From Lytechinus pictus (lineage: Eukaryota), in the NCBI RefSeq assembly GCF_037042905.1, contig NC_087245.1:9486001-9550000 (forward strand): a stretch of DNA of 64,000 nt, read 5' to 3'. The notes below the pieces were generated by a model that saw only the letters and a list, made by a program, of their open reading frames with translations, searched no databases and was not told the DNA's origin. Shown here one piece after another: positions 37,319 to 51,747 of this stretch (positions are counted from its first letter, which is position 1; each line of letters starts with the position of its first letter). The position numbers and the translations under genes were made by a program.

Positions 37319-39208
37319 TAGATTCTTTAAATAGGAACTTTTAGCATAAAAAGATGACGTTAAAAAAGAAAAAAGGTTGATAATTTCATAGTTAATAGAC
37401 CTGTAGACTTAAAATAATTACATTTATTGCATATATTTCAAGGTTCTTGACATTTTGAAAACATGCAAACAACGCTGCAAAACTTTTATGGTGGGTGTTT
37501 TACAAAGGGTTAAGTCTGACTTAAAGTTATGCACAAATAAAGAACACATAATCTCTTTCATTATAGGCGGTAGAGCATGACATGACCATTATGGTGATAT
37601 GTTATATTCTGCATGCAATCAGGAATGTAAGTCCGATATTTAGTCAGGCTTAAGTCTGTTAACCACCATCCACTTAATAAATGCAGACTGGGATCCATAG
37701 AAAGTAATTAATTTCATAGTAAACAAGAGAAAAATAGTTTCCCTAGGTAAAAAAAAGAAATTTACATATTGTAGTCAGCAGTTCACCCTCTAAGGTTGCA
37801 GAGGTAGCTGACATTGTTTTGATTGGGTGAGGATCAGCCAGTATTTTTATTCTTTTTAGGTATGATATAGAGTACTGAAGTGATGACGTCACATAAAAAA
37901 ATTAATTTCAGCGTTTTTTATACCATATTTTGGTAGCGCATGATAAAACCCACAACTAAAATTTGATGGGAATCGGTCCATGGGTACCCAATATATGACC
38001 TCATGAATACATTGACTTCAGTGGGGCTTATTATGTATTCAGGTCATATCTTGGGTCCCCCATCGACTGATTCCCACCAAATTTGGGTTGTGGGGGTTTT
38101 TCATCATAGTATCTAAACGACGACATGCAGAAAGGGAAAATTGATGACGTCTCATTTCGGTACTCTACAAAAGAGCTCCTCATTCATTTTTTTTCTTATA
38201 TGGAGATCGGGGTTGTTTAAGTAAGTGTCCTGATTATGGTAGGAGGATGTTTGCCAATTTTTGTCCACTTTACTTGTTGAAATATGTACAAAAGTTTGAG
38301 GTTGGTCTGCATAATTTGGGTGGGATTTGCTAGCATCGGTCGGGTTACAGAGAAAGGTTTTTTCTTCTTTCACTAGCCACTACCCACTGGTAATTGTCAA
38401 TGGGGTACAACTTTCAAGAGAACATTCATGAAAAAGTTCTAAGGTCTATTTTCATGATCTTTAATTTCTAACAGAGTTTTTTTTTTCTCTGTAATGTACA
38501 GATGATTAAAAAAACAGAGTTCATTGTATTGCCACTTGACAAAAATTGCTGGTTAAATCTCTGTCAAAAATTAGAGAAAAAATGGTGATCATCTCTCAAG
38601 AGAGGACATAAAATTGAATATATCATTTGATCTGAATCTAGGATAAAATTGCTGTTTGATTCCTCCTTTTTTGACAGACTTCTTCATGGTTCTTTGTAAT
38701 GTGACATTCTCTTCTTGAATCCTCTGTATGTTATTACATGAAAACTCAATAAACTCATGCTTTGGAAGAATAATTTCTCCATTTAAAATATAATAAAACT
38801 GTTAAAGAATGGGAAAAGAAATTACATTTCTAGAGATCTGCAATGTAACACTAACAGACATGTACTGTACAAACAAAATGTAAAATATCATTTCAAGAGC
38901 ATAATTATTTATTTTTTAATTCATACTTTAAGTATGTCAGCTCTCAGCCTTGACAATGCATAATGAATACACAAACCTTTAAATTACAATTATAGATTTA
39001 TTCTCCTCCAAGGAATTGCATCTCCAGATAACTTTTTAATGAGTTTCTTTGGTTTTACCAAGTTATAAACATAAATTGCTGATGACACAACACATGACAG
39101 AGGTAGGTCAAGCAAATTCAAATATCAGCATGTGAATTTACAAATATGAATGATAATTATGACTTTTGTGCTTATAAAGGCACTTAACGCTTCAAACATA
39201 CATCCAGC

Positions 39209-39484
39209 GGGCCGTTTCATGAAGCTGTTCGTAAGTTAAGAGTGACTTTAAGAATGATTTGTGAACTTTTCGTACGCGCTAAACCATCGCCAATGGTGTA
39301 TACCATTAACCAAAAGAAAGGATCATAGTCATTCTTATAGTCGCTCTTATCTTAATAATAATAATATACAAAATTTATATAGCGCTTTATACGAAAGTTT
39401 CAAAGTGCTAAGAAAGAAAGAAAAAAGAATATAAGTACAAGATATCTCAGTACGATATCTTACGAACAGCTTTATGAAACACCC
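39209..39484. mobile_element. MITE
   Basis: GTTTCATGAAGCTGTTCGTAAG / CTTACGAACAGCTTTATGAAAC inverted ends; a related fragment lies near 56900-56970. Confidence 0.65.
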
Positions 39485-40365
39485 ACCAGGAGTATCCTAT
39501 AGCTCTATGGTTATATTGAAAATAAAAAGTGAGGGTATAGCACACCAGCTGTCTTGTGCGGATTGTGCTCCTTTTCTTTGAGGAACAGTTGCCAAGAGAT
39601 AGGTTCTTATTTCTTAACATCAAATGTTCTAACATTTAATCTGGGTGCCCAGACGAGATTGAAAAGAGTGTAGCAATTTCCTTTTGGGGGGTGTTTCATA
39701 GGTCTTTTTTTTAATATCAATTATCAAAACAAATGATAAAAGAAACCTGTAAAAACAGTTTATCAAACAAACTATAAAATGTAAATAATAATATAGCAAT
39801 ATATGAAAGTGAAAATATTTTTCTAGCGATAATTAACACTATAGTACCAGGGGGCAGGGTTATCAATTTGATCCCCTGCACATAATTTAATTTTGATCAA
39901 TTTCATATGAGAGAATAGGATTCAAATGGCCTAAGGTATGAAATAAGCAGCATTTTTGTAGCAATTTATGAACTTCGTATTTGCCATTTCTTGGAACTCA
40001 ATATTTTTTTTAACTTACAGGTAATTATAAATTGTGCCATAATTATGCCATGTCTTATTTTCACAAACTTGGTACCAAAAGATGTGCAATACTTGCAAGA
40101 AACTTGTCTAATTATGCGTCATGATATTGCCAAGTTCTGCAAAACTCACAACCTTTGTGGGGGGACAGGTCAATACCCCCCCCCCCCCCCACTTGGCTTG
40201 GTTTTTGATTTAGAAATGGAACTTCAAATAACAAAGTGGCACCTTTTCGACTGGGCTACCTCATGAAAAGATAACAAAATATATATGATAGAATCACATA
40301 ACTCCATGATCACACAGAAGAAGAATTTCATTTAGTGACACTGCTGGATCCAGTGAGCGGGGTCA

Positions 40366-43300
40366 TCAAAATGGGTAATACTTAGCATTCTTGGATCTGT
40401 TCAAGAAGATACAAAAGAAAAATCCAACAATATTTGATAACATTTGCTACATAAATCTAACTTAGTTTGTTTTTTATTGAAATTTGAACAATCACAGCAA
40501 TGTCACATATCAGTTAGCCTCTTAATAAACAAATAATTTTTACATCCAAAACATTGACATGTAATAATAAATGATATCTTGATTGACAATTATCTACATC
40601 ATTTGATAGAATTCAATTGTACTTACGCTGGGAAAGTAATATAATGGAAGTTCCTGTCAAGTGTCTGTATGCGTTGAACCTCATCACTTGTCAATTCAAA
40701 GTCAAGAACCTAAATATTAAAAGAAAAATGTTGAGGTGTCGGAAGATCATGAAACCAATTCCTGAAAAAATATGCTTCCATGGAGGTGTTACATCATTTT
40801 CTGTTTAATATATGCAAGAAGTGATGGTTGAATTATAATTAATAGTAGTAGTAGTAGTTGAAGAAGTAGTAGCAGTAGTTGTTATAGAAGTAGTAAAAGT
40901 ATTTGTAGTATTAGTAGTAGTATTAGNNNNNNNNNNNNNNNNNNNNNNNNNNNNNNNNNNNNNNNNNNNNNNNNNNNNNNNNNNNNNNNNNNNNNNNNNN
41001 NNNNNNNNNNNNNNNNNNNNNNNNNNNNNNNNNNNNNNNNNNNNNNNNNNNNNNNNNNNATTATCATCATCATTATTATAATTACTATCATAATTAATAT
41101 TGTTTCATAGCTACTATTATTATTATAACTATTAATCTTATTTTCATCAATATCATTGATATTGTTTTAATCATTGTTATTTCATAACAATTATTCAATT
41201 AAAGGCGTGACAAGTTTCTTTCAAAAATATAACCAGAAAATATGAGAAACATACATCGATAGAGTTGACAAGAAAATCCATCAAGGGATGATAGAGTTAT
41301 GAATATTTGATAGAATTAACCACACTGAGGTGTGGGTCAACTTCCACTGTAATACCTGGAAGTTTTCTCTGATCCTGGATGGAGTAACACTTTTAGGAAT
41401 GACCACAATGCCCCTGTCTATTTGATATCTGATAGCTATCTGGGCAGGAGATCGACCTTTGGCCTTTGCAATCTCGTTGATGACTGGGTCTTCAAGGAGA
41501 ACTGGGTCAGTGCCAGCTTGCCTGTAACAGTCAAACCGGAATGAAAATGAATTTGATATCATCTCCATTCATCAGCAAATCATTTTATTCATAAACATAT
41601 ACATATATGTTATAGCAACTTTTGCAATATAACTCGCTCATACCTTACATGGAGATGGGACCATTAATGAATGCTTGATTCCTTTGAGTGAGACTGGTTC
41701 AACCAAATCATTTTCAATAAACTGTGGATGAATTTGAAGCACTTTGTCCTAAACGAGCCATAGTAACACATATTCCACTTAACTGAAGCATGCCTACATT
41801 TGATCAGTTCTTCATTTGCTTATAAATACTAAGTTAAGCACATTTTTCATGAAATCTGCATAAACCATGTGATGGATTAGCTTGCCTTCATGAAATCCTT
41901 GCTAATAATATGAAAGGTTTTTTTTTTGTTCTTTGATTAAATATCATCTTATTTTTATTATCTAGTTAACAGCAATACAGAGTGTGTATCAGGTAAACTA
42001 ACATAGTTGACATTTTGTCTAGCTATTTCAAAGAAACATTTAACCTTTGACTGCTTTCAAAAAAATGATAGTCTCATACTTTTAAGCATGGATAGTACTT
42101 CTAATAGTTCAACCTACATGAGCTTTAATACTCATCTAAACTAGAATTTTAAACCACACTTCTATGGGCTGCTGGCTTCATAATATGTCTTCCATATTCA
42201 TGGGAATTATAGTGTACAGATTAATTCAATAATATTCATTACCTGGTATATTCTTATTCTTCCCATTTCATGACTTATCTATTTTTTACAACTGAATACT
42301 TAGTAATTTTCAATTGATGTGCCAATTGACTCTTGGTACTCTATAAGGGTGTGATATACATCAAGCCATGTTTAACTATGCGATGACTATCATAATACCA
42401 CCCATTGAACTGTTCAAGAAAACAATAAATTGGTAAATTGATAACTTACAGTGGACGATCAGGCGAACCCAGAGGACTGTAGGCCGTTAAAGATATACCA
42501 TTAGCTTTACAGAACTCTTTGATGTCATTCCCTGGGAGGTATGGTGTTATTTCAATCTAGTCATGGGCAATCATAGAGAAAAATGAATAATTTAAGTACT
42601 TTACAACTGATATACCACAGTAGCTTTAAACCGCAGCAGCTCAAGACCTAAACTACTTAAAGGTCCTATGACACAAAAACCATCTTATTTTGGATATATA
42701 TTCTTGGGTAGTTTTACTTGAAAAATACGAATTTGCCATCAGTTTCTGTGTACGACGAACCGGTGTTGAGTTATTCCATGGAAATGAACTTCAACGGGAA
42801 CGCCCACTGAAATTTTCGAAAAAGTCGGCCGATCGACCTGTCAATCATCGTGACGTCATCGGAAGAAAGCTTTCTCAGCTGTGCAGCCGGACCCCTAGTT
42901 ATTGCACATGTTTCTCGTGTAGTTGCTGTTTCGACCGAGCTCATCCTTAACAGATTTTTTAGATTTTTATGAGGTTTTGATCATGGCTGCAGCATCGTCA
43001 TCAGCTGCGTCTGATTCTTCAGACTTTGAAGATTCAGGTCCTGAATATTATTTCAGCAATTCAATTTATTTACTTTGAATCCACACGTGCAACCACAATA
43101 GGCACTTCACGCTCCGAACGTCAGCAACACTCAGCAGATTCTTCCCCTGACGTCATAATTGTCACGTGATATACGAAACCAAATCGGACATTTTTTGCGA
43201 TAAATCCGCCGCTCGAAATTTTTTGACTGCGTCGCTCGCTGACTTTTTACTTTCAAGTCTCGCGCAACTTTTGAGACCAAAATTGTGACCCCTGGGTACG

Positions 43301-46300
43301 CGGTTCTGAAATTACGCAACATTTCGTAAGTGCATGCAGACCCAGAAATACTCAAAAACGTCAATTTGTGTACAAATCCAATGCAAATAGTGTTTTTAGC
43401 CCAAATTTAATAATGTATCATTATTTTCCCTTTTACTGCTTAAAATCAATTAATTTTATCCTGTTAATGGTCAAAATAAAGTCCCCGACAATTTCCATTG
43501 AAAAAACATTAAAAAACAAAAAGTCGAAAACAACAAAATACATAAGAAATTTAGAAAACAATAGAATACATAAGAAAATTTAAAAATGTGATGTTCAAAT
43601 TTTTGAAAAATAAATTTGATCAGATGCCTATCTAGAGTATGTGAAACAAAATTTAGCATTTTAGGGGCATTAATTTATTAATTAGAGCAAACTTATGATT
43701 TTACGTATAAATTAGCATAATTAATGAGCAATGAGATTTTTCGCAGAACTTGATATTATAGTTTTGTAGATAATGCCATGGGTAACGCGCGTGCCAATTT
43801 TCGTCGCGATCGCGCGATCAACAGCCGAAATCAGCCCCCCCCCCAGTCTTCTTAGGCATCGAAATAGCCCAGTCTATTTAGGGTTAAGACTATTCTAAAA
43901 CCTTTGGAAATACAGGTGTGTTAGAGTTCCTTGGATTTTGGTTCCAAGTTGCACCACATGGCAAAGAAAAAAAAATATGTATATACCTAGATATATATTT
44001 CTGTAAACTGATTAATTGTAGCAATGAAAAGTAATTGATTGTATCAATGAATACAACCAATCCTTACCTGTAGATTGCATATCTTTTGCTTTGGTGGTAG
44101 ATCTAGGATTCTTTGAAGCTGGCTTTTGTTGAAATTGGACACACCAATAGCTCTTGTCAATCCCTTTTCTACCAAATCCTCCATGGCCTGTAAAATAAAA
44201 TAAAAAGAGTGATATACCACTGTGCTGTAGCTAATACAATCCATCACTTAACTTTTCATGGAGTATTTTCATATAGTAAACCAATTATAAATCATTATCT
44301 AATCACTTATGACAAATCAATGTTAAGTCAACACTACTGTACAATCTCATGGTTATTATGGCAGCAGTGGGCAATGGCATTTAAAGGACATTGAAATAGA
44401 TGGAACCAAATAATGTAGCCATTAGCTCTTCATTGTGAAGCACCACTTAGGCGAAACCCTTTGGACATTACAATTCTAAACAAAGAACTATTCTTTATGA
44501 ACCTACCTTCCAGGTGTCAACAAAGTCTATATCATCATCAGCAAGTATCATACCATCAGGACCTTTAGGCGCCATCCCTTTCCCAGTCTAGGTCAATTAA
44601 AGAAAAGAGTTACATGAGAAGAAATATATATATATATATATTTTTGGTACAGGGGATGTAGAATATATTGAATGGGATGAGGAGACTGGGGGCTGACTGA
44701 AGCAAAATATGAATCCAAATAGTTGGCAATTTTTCATGTTTTTGCGGAAGAAAATGGGAGAGGACTGGATAAAGCAACAAAGACCAAATTCTAACATGCA
44801 AAACAGATGATAATTCTCTTTTTACACTAAGTAGATTTACTCTACAAAATACAAGTGGGTTAATTATTCTTTAAATTGATCAAATGGGTAGTTTCTCACC
44901 CCCCCTCCCTTTAAGAAAAAATAAAGACACCAGTTTACTGATCTATCTAAAATTTATGCACACAATGCATGACATATACATTTTGAATCTCGAAGGCCTT
45001 TATCCAGGGGTGGTATTCTAAAAATTGTCTCAACTTTTCTTGCAACTCAGCAAGATAACAGCTTGCTAAAATTATCTTAAATCAGTCTTATCTCTGTAAG
45101 GACATCCCCTATTTTATCTCTGGCACGCCAAATATTCAATATCATCAACGAATGATTTAAATTGTTACATGTTTAGGTCAACCAATAGAACATTCAGAAC
45201 ATTATTGACATGAAGCGTAATTTCCCCTGCGCCTCTGATGCTTATGCTTGTCCGCTACTGTTCTCTAAAAATACATGTGGCTGTTCTCCCAGGAAATATT
45301 TTCTTTGACAAGATTCATCTCGAAAAGTCTGCAAATCCGTCTGTAATATCTCTGGAATGTCTCCTTTGGTAAAACAAGATGTTCTTGTGGGATGCAGCAA
45401 GAAATTTTTCTCTCAATGCGGAGTGTTCAGACTTTGAGTTCTCCCACTTACCGGGACATCTGAGGGACTCGGATGTCCAGGAAGCAGAAAATAATCCGAA
45501 CATGTTGTATGAGTGCTAAATCTATATCCAAATCTAAATTCTTTGACAAAACCTGAATATTTGTGGTATGAATAGATATCCCATGCAATGCAATAAATAT
45601 GTAGAAGTCTGCATACAGTTGTTGCTGAATCCTCTGGTTAATATTCATGTTGTCAAGAGCAGCTTTTGTTTTATACAAAGTACACAGGATGTTTTATACC
45701 CTATTCACACTGGCCACAAACACCGCTACAGTACAGGGAGTGTCCCCGGACTGTAGCGGTGTTGCCTTCAGAGTGAATTCTCGGACCTGCAATAAACTAC
45801 CCCAGGATAACCTTGCCTCGCTATAACTCCATAACAAACTATCGCTACGCAAACCAGAGTAATTTCAGCGAGACAGCCGTCGCGGTGTTCCTTCAGTGTA
45901 AACGCACAATGCTACAACACCGGAATAAACCACTTGTAAATTATAATCACTATAATGTCAGGGTGTTGTGGTCTAGTGGTTATGACTCATCTTTCAATCA
46001 GCAGGACGTGGGTTCGATTCCCCGCCTCCAATATTTACAGTGTATCGGAGTCGGGTCAGTCACAGGCCTCCACATGTTTTGTTACGGAGGTCATAAAAAT
46101 CACTTGCTGCAGTGTGAATGGATAATCCTGAAACTGTGGTGGGATAACTTTTCTACTGTGAATGCATTTAGAGCAGGTTTATAGCGGTGCCGCCATCCCG
46201 GGACAGCACCAGGATAGATTTGAAAACAAGTGTGAAGACGGTATTAGAATATTAACATTATCTTTGAGACTTTAAATCCAGGCAAAATTCAGGAAGTATT

Positions 46301-49300
46301 AGAATATTAACATTATCTTTGAGACTTTAAATCCAGGCAAAATTAAGGAAGGAATTTCAAATTGCAAGAATACCTTAAAATGCTGACCAATAACAATTAC
46401 TTATATACAAACTGACCATTCAAAAGAATACTAATCCTCCCCGGAATGCTATCAAAACGCCTAGTTGGCTGCCCACTTGCTTGTGTCTATAGAAAATGAG
46501 TATTATATAGCATAATCAGGCAGTATCCAACAGGTTAAGGATATTATTTCTCCACTTAGCATGCACTGTGAAAGTTTCAATCAAAAGCATTGTGCTATAA
46601 CTAACCTGGAATGCAAAAGGCCAATGCATAAGGTAGAGATCAACATAGCTTAAACCAAGCTTCTCTAATGACTTTCTGCATGCTGCTTCCACATCTTCAG
46701 GGCGGTGATCGACATTCCACAACTGGATTTAAAAAATATAATGTCATATACAGTTCAGTCTCGATAAGTCAATTTGTAAGTAAAATTATACAGATTATGC
46801 AAAAACATGTTCCTTTTTTGCGATGTCTTTTTATTCTGATCTTTTTTTTTTTTTTCTTTTTTTTAAACAGATTTCTATGTTCCCCAAAATACTAGGGGCC
46901 TTTTCATAAGTAAATCTTGAATCATCATTGTAATGATGATTGCTATTGTAATCGTGACTGTGATTAGCGTTCGTGATTCTAATCATGTTCTAGTTTGGTC
47001 TCACACATGCTGAATATTCATCATTAGCCTTATTTTTCACTGGAATCATCATTAAAATTACAATTTTTTACCATGTGAAAGGGAGGTTAGTTTAATAAGT
47101 TACATGTAAATCTAATCACAAAGTGTTGCAGGCACAAAGTTCTGATTAAATGCAGTTTTAAAAAACAGGATCTAGGTTTAAATACATGAAAATAATGTAA
47201 ACAAAATTTGAAGTACTACCATATATGATGCTGAGTACTGATTTTATATTCAAAGTTATAAACATGAAAGAATGCATTGTGTCTTCTTTTTCTTGGTCAG
47301 GAAAAATAATTGTAAAGAATTACAAAGTGAAAATATCTATTTCAACCTTTTGTACATGTTTCTAATTAAATATCTGGTGTATCTCTCAGTAAAGAGATTC
47401 ATCTGATTGGTAGAACTCAAATAAAACAATTTTCTATCTTTTCACAAGAGAAAAATGAAATTGATTGTGAAAAGATGAAAATTTGAATTTGGCGTATCTC
47501 TATTTGATTTCTTTAATTTCTTTACTACTGACATAAGCCTCATCCCATGACTTCCCTTCCCCTCTCTTCCTCCCATACCCCACCCCCTTTCTCAATCTAG
47601 TCAAACAGTATTTTTTTTAATCTGACCTTTGTTGTGACAAACACATCCTCCCTCTTGACAGTTCCATCACTAAATTTCTCCTTCAGACCAGCACCAACTT
47701 CTTCTTCATTTCCATATGCTGCAGCACCATCTATGTGACGATAGCCTGCCTCCAAGGCTTCTATAACAGCTTTGCGAACTTCATCTGGTTTAGACTAAAT
47801 GGAAGAATCATTATCAACATCATAATCATAATCAGAAATAGCTGGTGTAGTGATAATAGAAGTGATAATAAGAATAATGAAATTCTATTGATATTGATGA
47901 TACAGATGACGATAAAAATGACAATAATAATGATAAAAAATAATTATGAAGAATAAGGAGAGAGGGGAGAGAGGAGAGGATGGAATAAAGAAGGAGGAGG
48001 ATCAAGCAGAAGGATGAAAACTCAAGAGGTGAAGGAGAAGAAGAAAATCTTCATTATCATCATCACCACCAGGAGAAGGGTAGATGAGTAACATTTTTCA
48101 TAGAACAGTTTTAATAATGAAAATCAAGGATTGGTGAATGATTTTAGTGAATTTTGATGACATTTTTAGCCCAAAAAAATTATTGGTCCCCACCCAAAAA
48201 GAAAAAAATAATAATGTCAGGAAACAAAGTCCCGACCCTATATGCATAGTTGTTTTCAGTATTTGTTCATAATTGGCTGGTCTACACTATCCACCAAGTA
48301 ACAAACTGTATTGACTGTCAAAAATTGTAATCAACATTCACATGAAATATAGCTAAATTTTAGTCCCGAAGAAGTCAAAGTGACCTACATGTATGCTACC
48401 GTCATTGTCACTGCCATTGTCATGTATATAGTGTTATATATCTTCCTACATAGAATAATTGTACTTTGGGCTTAAATGACATGATAATTATAATGAGAGG
48501 CATACTGTTTGCTCAGAACAGTTAACCAACAATAAGGTCTATACAGGGGAATATATAAGACACTATCTTTACAAACAAACTTTGGTAACCTGTAAATTGT
48601 AAATTTTATGGATATTATTAAGATATTAATTTCAGTTGAAGTGCAAATGTGCAAGTCACATCATCTTGGTAGTTCAAATATTTGAGCTATATATTACGTA
48701 CTGCTTGGCAAACAAATGATAAGATTGCAGAGAAATCTTCACTCACTGGTTGTATAGATGGCACACAGGATTAATACACTATCATATACCTGAATTATAA
48801 GGTAAAAACTATAAACTTTTGAAAAAAAAATAGGGAATGAAATTCTTTTTAAAATGCCCAAAGAGAAAAGCAGCAAAATTTAGGAAAAACTTCTAAATAA
48901 AAAGTGTCAGCCATAGCTGATAGCATTCCCCTATATAGTGTCTCCCCATTAACATTTCTGCTAAAGTCTGGCTGCATAAACTTTGGGAGAATTAATTCTC
49001 TTAGTCAAATTAAGCACCCAGTGGTCCACCCCATTTAGAAGTTTATGATTTGAGAGACAGGCAATCACCAGTACGTATTACTGTAAATATGCACAATAAA
49101 TATATTCTAAAAGGAAACTTTTACCACTTTTCAAGTAAAATCAGGAAAAGTTCATAATAAATTTACTAAATGCCAAATAAAAAAGGGTGTTCTCCAGTTT
49201 ATCCCATTTATCCATATGATGTTATGTTACCAACCAAGATACGTCTGGATCTGGATAGATTTTTGTGTGAGCTTCAATGCCCAGTTACGGTAGGATACAT

Positions 49301-49921
49301 GCAGTTAACTGATACATCATTCATTTTTAAGGAAGAGTATATCATTTAGCTTCTGTGATGCGATCATAAGCCCTATCTGCCTATTACATATTAAGACATT
49401 GAGTAATATATTGTCTAGATAATTGTAATAATGGTCCATTAAAAGGCATTTATCATGATAGAGATCGATCCCTTGGCTAAAAACTATCATGTCTATATCT
49501 ATACCTTTAATAGATACAAATGAAGTAGGCCATATACTACAATAGATGTGATAGATATAGAATCATTATATTTATCTTTTTACCCAACCATATCCAGTGA
49601 GACTGTACGACGTGTGGTATTGATACTCTGTAAAAACTATATACATATTATATGTGCCTATATTATATAGCTATACCACTACTATAGTACTACCAATGAG
49701 GTCAATACATTGGCATGGCGATGATGGCCGTTAAATATATAACTGTATTTAGACGGGATTTTAATATACGTTGTAGTAGTCTATGCATGACATTAGGGGA
49801 CATAATAAGACATACGTTTCTGTAAAACAAGATTTCAACACCTTACCTTCCACGTTCCCAGTCCCAAAATTGGTATGGAATGACCATTCGCAAGCTGCAC
49901 TGCAACGTTCTTCTCAGCCAT
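40366..49921 (-). CDS. Aldo-keto reductase family 1 (aldose/aldehyde reductase-like), 315 aa, 9 exons
   Basis: Exons 49921-49847, 47794-47627, 46722-46606, 44587-44507, 44187-44068, 42556-42450, 41521-41356, 40709-40627 and 40396-40366 (948 nt, in phase). Motifs [35 protein letters not shown] (Asp/Tyr/Lys/His tetrad intact), [23 protein letters not shown]-terminal YYPF. Confidence 0.96.
40927..41059. other. Assembly gap (N run) within a (TAG)n/(ATT)n microsatellite, AKR intron 7
   Basis: N characters flanked by trinucleotide repeats; the exon phases on either side join without a missing exon. Confidence 0.98.
43185..43883. mobile_element. piggyBac-like non-autonomous element, adjoining a Kolobok-like start at about 42660
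   Basis: Ends CCCAGTCTATTTAGGG|TTAA; homologous to 8035-8765; left end not resolved. Confidence 0.65.
45697..46243. mobile_element. PIF/Harbinger-like MITE containing a tRNA-like SINE head
   Basis: TTA TSD (45694-45696, 46244-46246); imperfect TIR TACCCTATTCACACT / AGTGTGAAGACGGTA; internal TGGTCTAGTGG..GGTTCGATTCC (A and B boxes) at about 45961-46030. Confidence 0.7.
46241..46350. repeat. 55-bp tandem duplication
   Basis: GTATTAGAATATTAACATTATCTTTGAGACTTTAAATCCAGGCAAAATT(C/A)AGGAA twice, one mismatch. Confidence 0.95.
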
Positions 49922-50133
49922 TTTTTCGGATGGCCCTCGCGTATTGTGCTAACCCCTGGCCTTGGAGGCGAGAGATTTGACTGTCATAGGCGATGCAGTC
50001 CGTGGACCGTGTAACTCAGCTCCCTCCCCGTGCAAGATTGTTGTGTCTGTTTTCTCTCTCTCAAACCCCGCCCCTTTTCTCTCTCTCCTCTCTCTTTCTG
50101 CCCCTTGTCTTGTCTTAGCTTAGCTTAACTTAA

Positions 50134-50725
50134 AGGTCAAGTCCACCCCAGAAAAATGTTGATTTGAATAAATAGAGAAAAATCAAACTAACATAATGCT
50201 GAAAATTTCATCAAAATCGGATGTAAAATAAGAAAGTTATGACATTTTAAAGTTTCGTTTATTTTGCACAAAACAGTTATGTGCACAACTCAGTGACATG
50301 CAAATGAGACAGTCAATGATGTCTATCACTCATTATTTATTTTGTTCTTTATTGTTTGAATTCATAAAATATTTCATTTTTTACAGATTTGAAAATAAGG
50401 ACAGACTTGACTAAACCATATAATTAAACGATGCTAATTCCACATGTTCAGACAGGAATTAATGGTTGTTTCACTTGACAATGAGTAGAAAATTAGAATA
50501 TTTCATATAATAAAATACAAAAGAAACAGTGAGTGGATGACGTCATCAGTCTCATCCTTTGCATACCGACCAGGATGTGCATATAACTGTTTTGTGAAAT
50601 TAAGCGAAATTTAAAATGCCATAACTTTCTTATTTTACAGCAGATTTATATGAAATTTTCAGTGTTATGCTTGGTGTACTTTTCTCTTGTTTCAAATCTA
50701 CTTTTTGTTGGGGTGGACTTGTCCT
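50134..50725. mobile_element. Kolobok-like MITE between the divergent AKR and FKBP genes
   Basis: TIR AGGTCAAGTCCACCCCA / TGGGGTGGACTTGTCCT (16/17); TTAA at 50130-50133 and 50726-50729. Confidence 0.87.
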
Positions 50726-51747
50726 TTAAGCCTTAAGTCGGCATGTATGCAGGTATTTGCTGCACTCCGCCAACTAGCTGTACCCTCTTCTCCCTCTCCC
50801 TCCCCCTCCCCCTCCCCCTCTCTATTCTATAAGGTAATCTCTTCCGCACACACACACACTCATGTGGGTGTTTTAATGTAATGTTTTAAGATATAACCCG
50901 GCATATATATAACAAGTATACACACTAAATAATCATGATAATAATGATAACATTTTTTTTGTCATTAATTACAATTTTGATGATAACAATAATAGAAATA
51001 AACGATGATGATATCATGATGATATATATAGTCCCTGCATGACCAAATTGTCTTTTCTCATTATTTTCTTGTTATTGATATTGAATTAAACGTTCAGAAA
51101 CTATTGCAAACAGACCAGTGGAGAAACAAAAAATCCAGGATAAAACAGACTGACATAATTATGTTTATGTTTTTAGACACAACAATCTTTTGTTTTTAAT
51201 TTAGGCCCTATACCCCTCCCCGCAACCAAGCGAACTGGTATAGCTCTTTTAGTTTAACTTATTCATAACTTATTAGCACCCTTTTGAATATCAATTTATT
51301 CAGGTTCATGGAACTACAGAGAAAGGGAGGTAAGCATGGAAGCCTGATAAGAATCCTCAAAATGCTAATTTTCAGGTCATTTTTTTCTTCAAAACTTTTA
51401 GCTCGCGCTTTGGCTAACATTATTGGTGTAGTCCATATGACATGTGTGAAAAGGTGTATTTACCACCCCCCCCCCCCCCTTTCTCCTATGTTATTTCTAC
51501 AGCCCTTTCTTTCCGACCCTTTTGTAAATTCTTAGAGGCCTTTTCATTGGCGCCGCAGCCGTCCTACCACTTGCACCCATTTCTACCACCAGAATGCCCA
51601 GCCACGCCCCTTCCACGGCGCCAGACCATTGAACCTTACAATGTACACGTGTACTATGAACAGTGAGTCGCCCAGCAGATACCGGTAATCTCCCCAACGA
51701 CAGCGACAAAGACAAAGCCTACTTGCGAAAAACAAAACTGTGTAAAA

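Noticed and set aside
40927-41059. Missing AKR exon hidden in the gap
   Set aside because: The flanking exons join in frame (ENFQ/VLDF) and give a normal-length 315-aa AKR.
45961-46030. tRNA gene
   Set aside because: A and B boxes only, cloverleaf degenerate, nested inside a MITE; SINE head.
50011-50020. Antioxidant response element upstream of AKR
   Set aside because: GTAACTCAGC mismatches the TGA core of RTGAYnnnGC; too weak to call.
51545-51650. ER-stress element (ERSE) in the FKBP promoter
   Set aside because: ATTGG and CCACG are present, but the spacing fits neither CCAAT-N9-CCACG nor ATTGG-N-CCACG.
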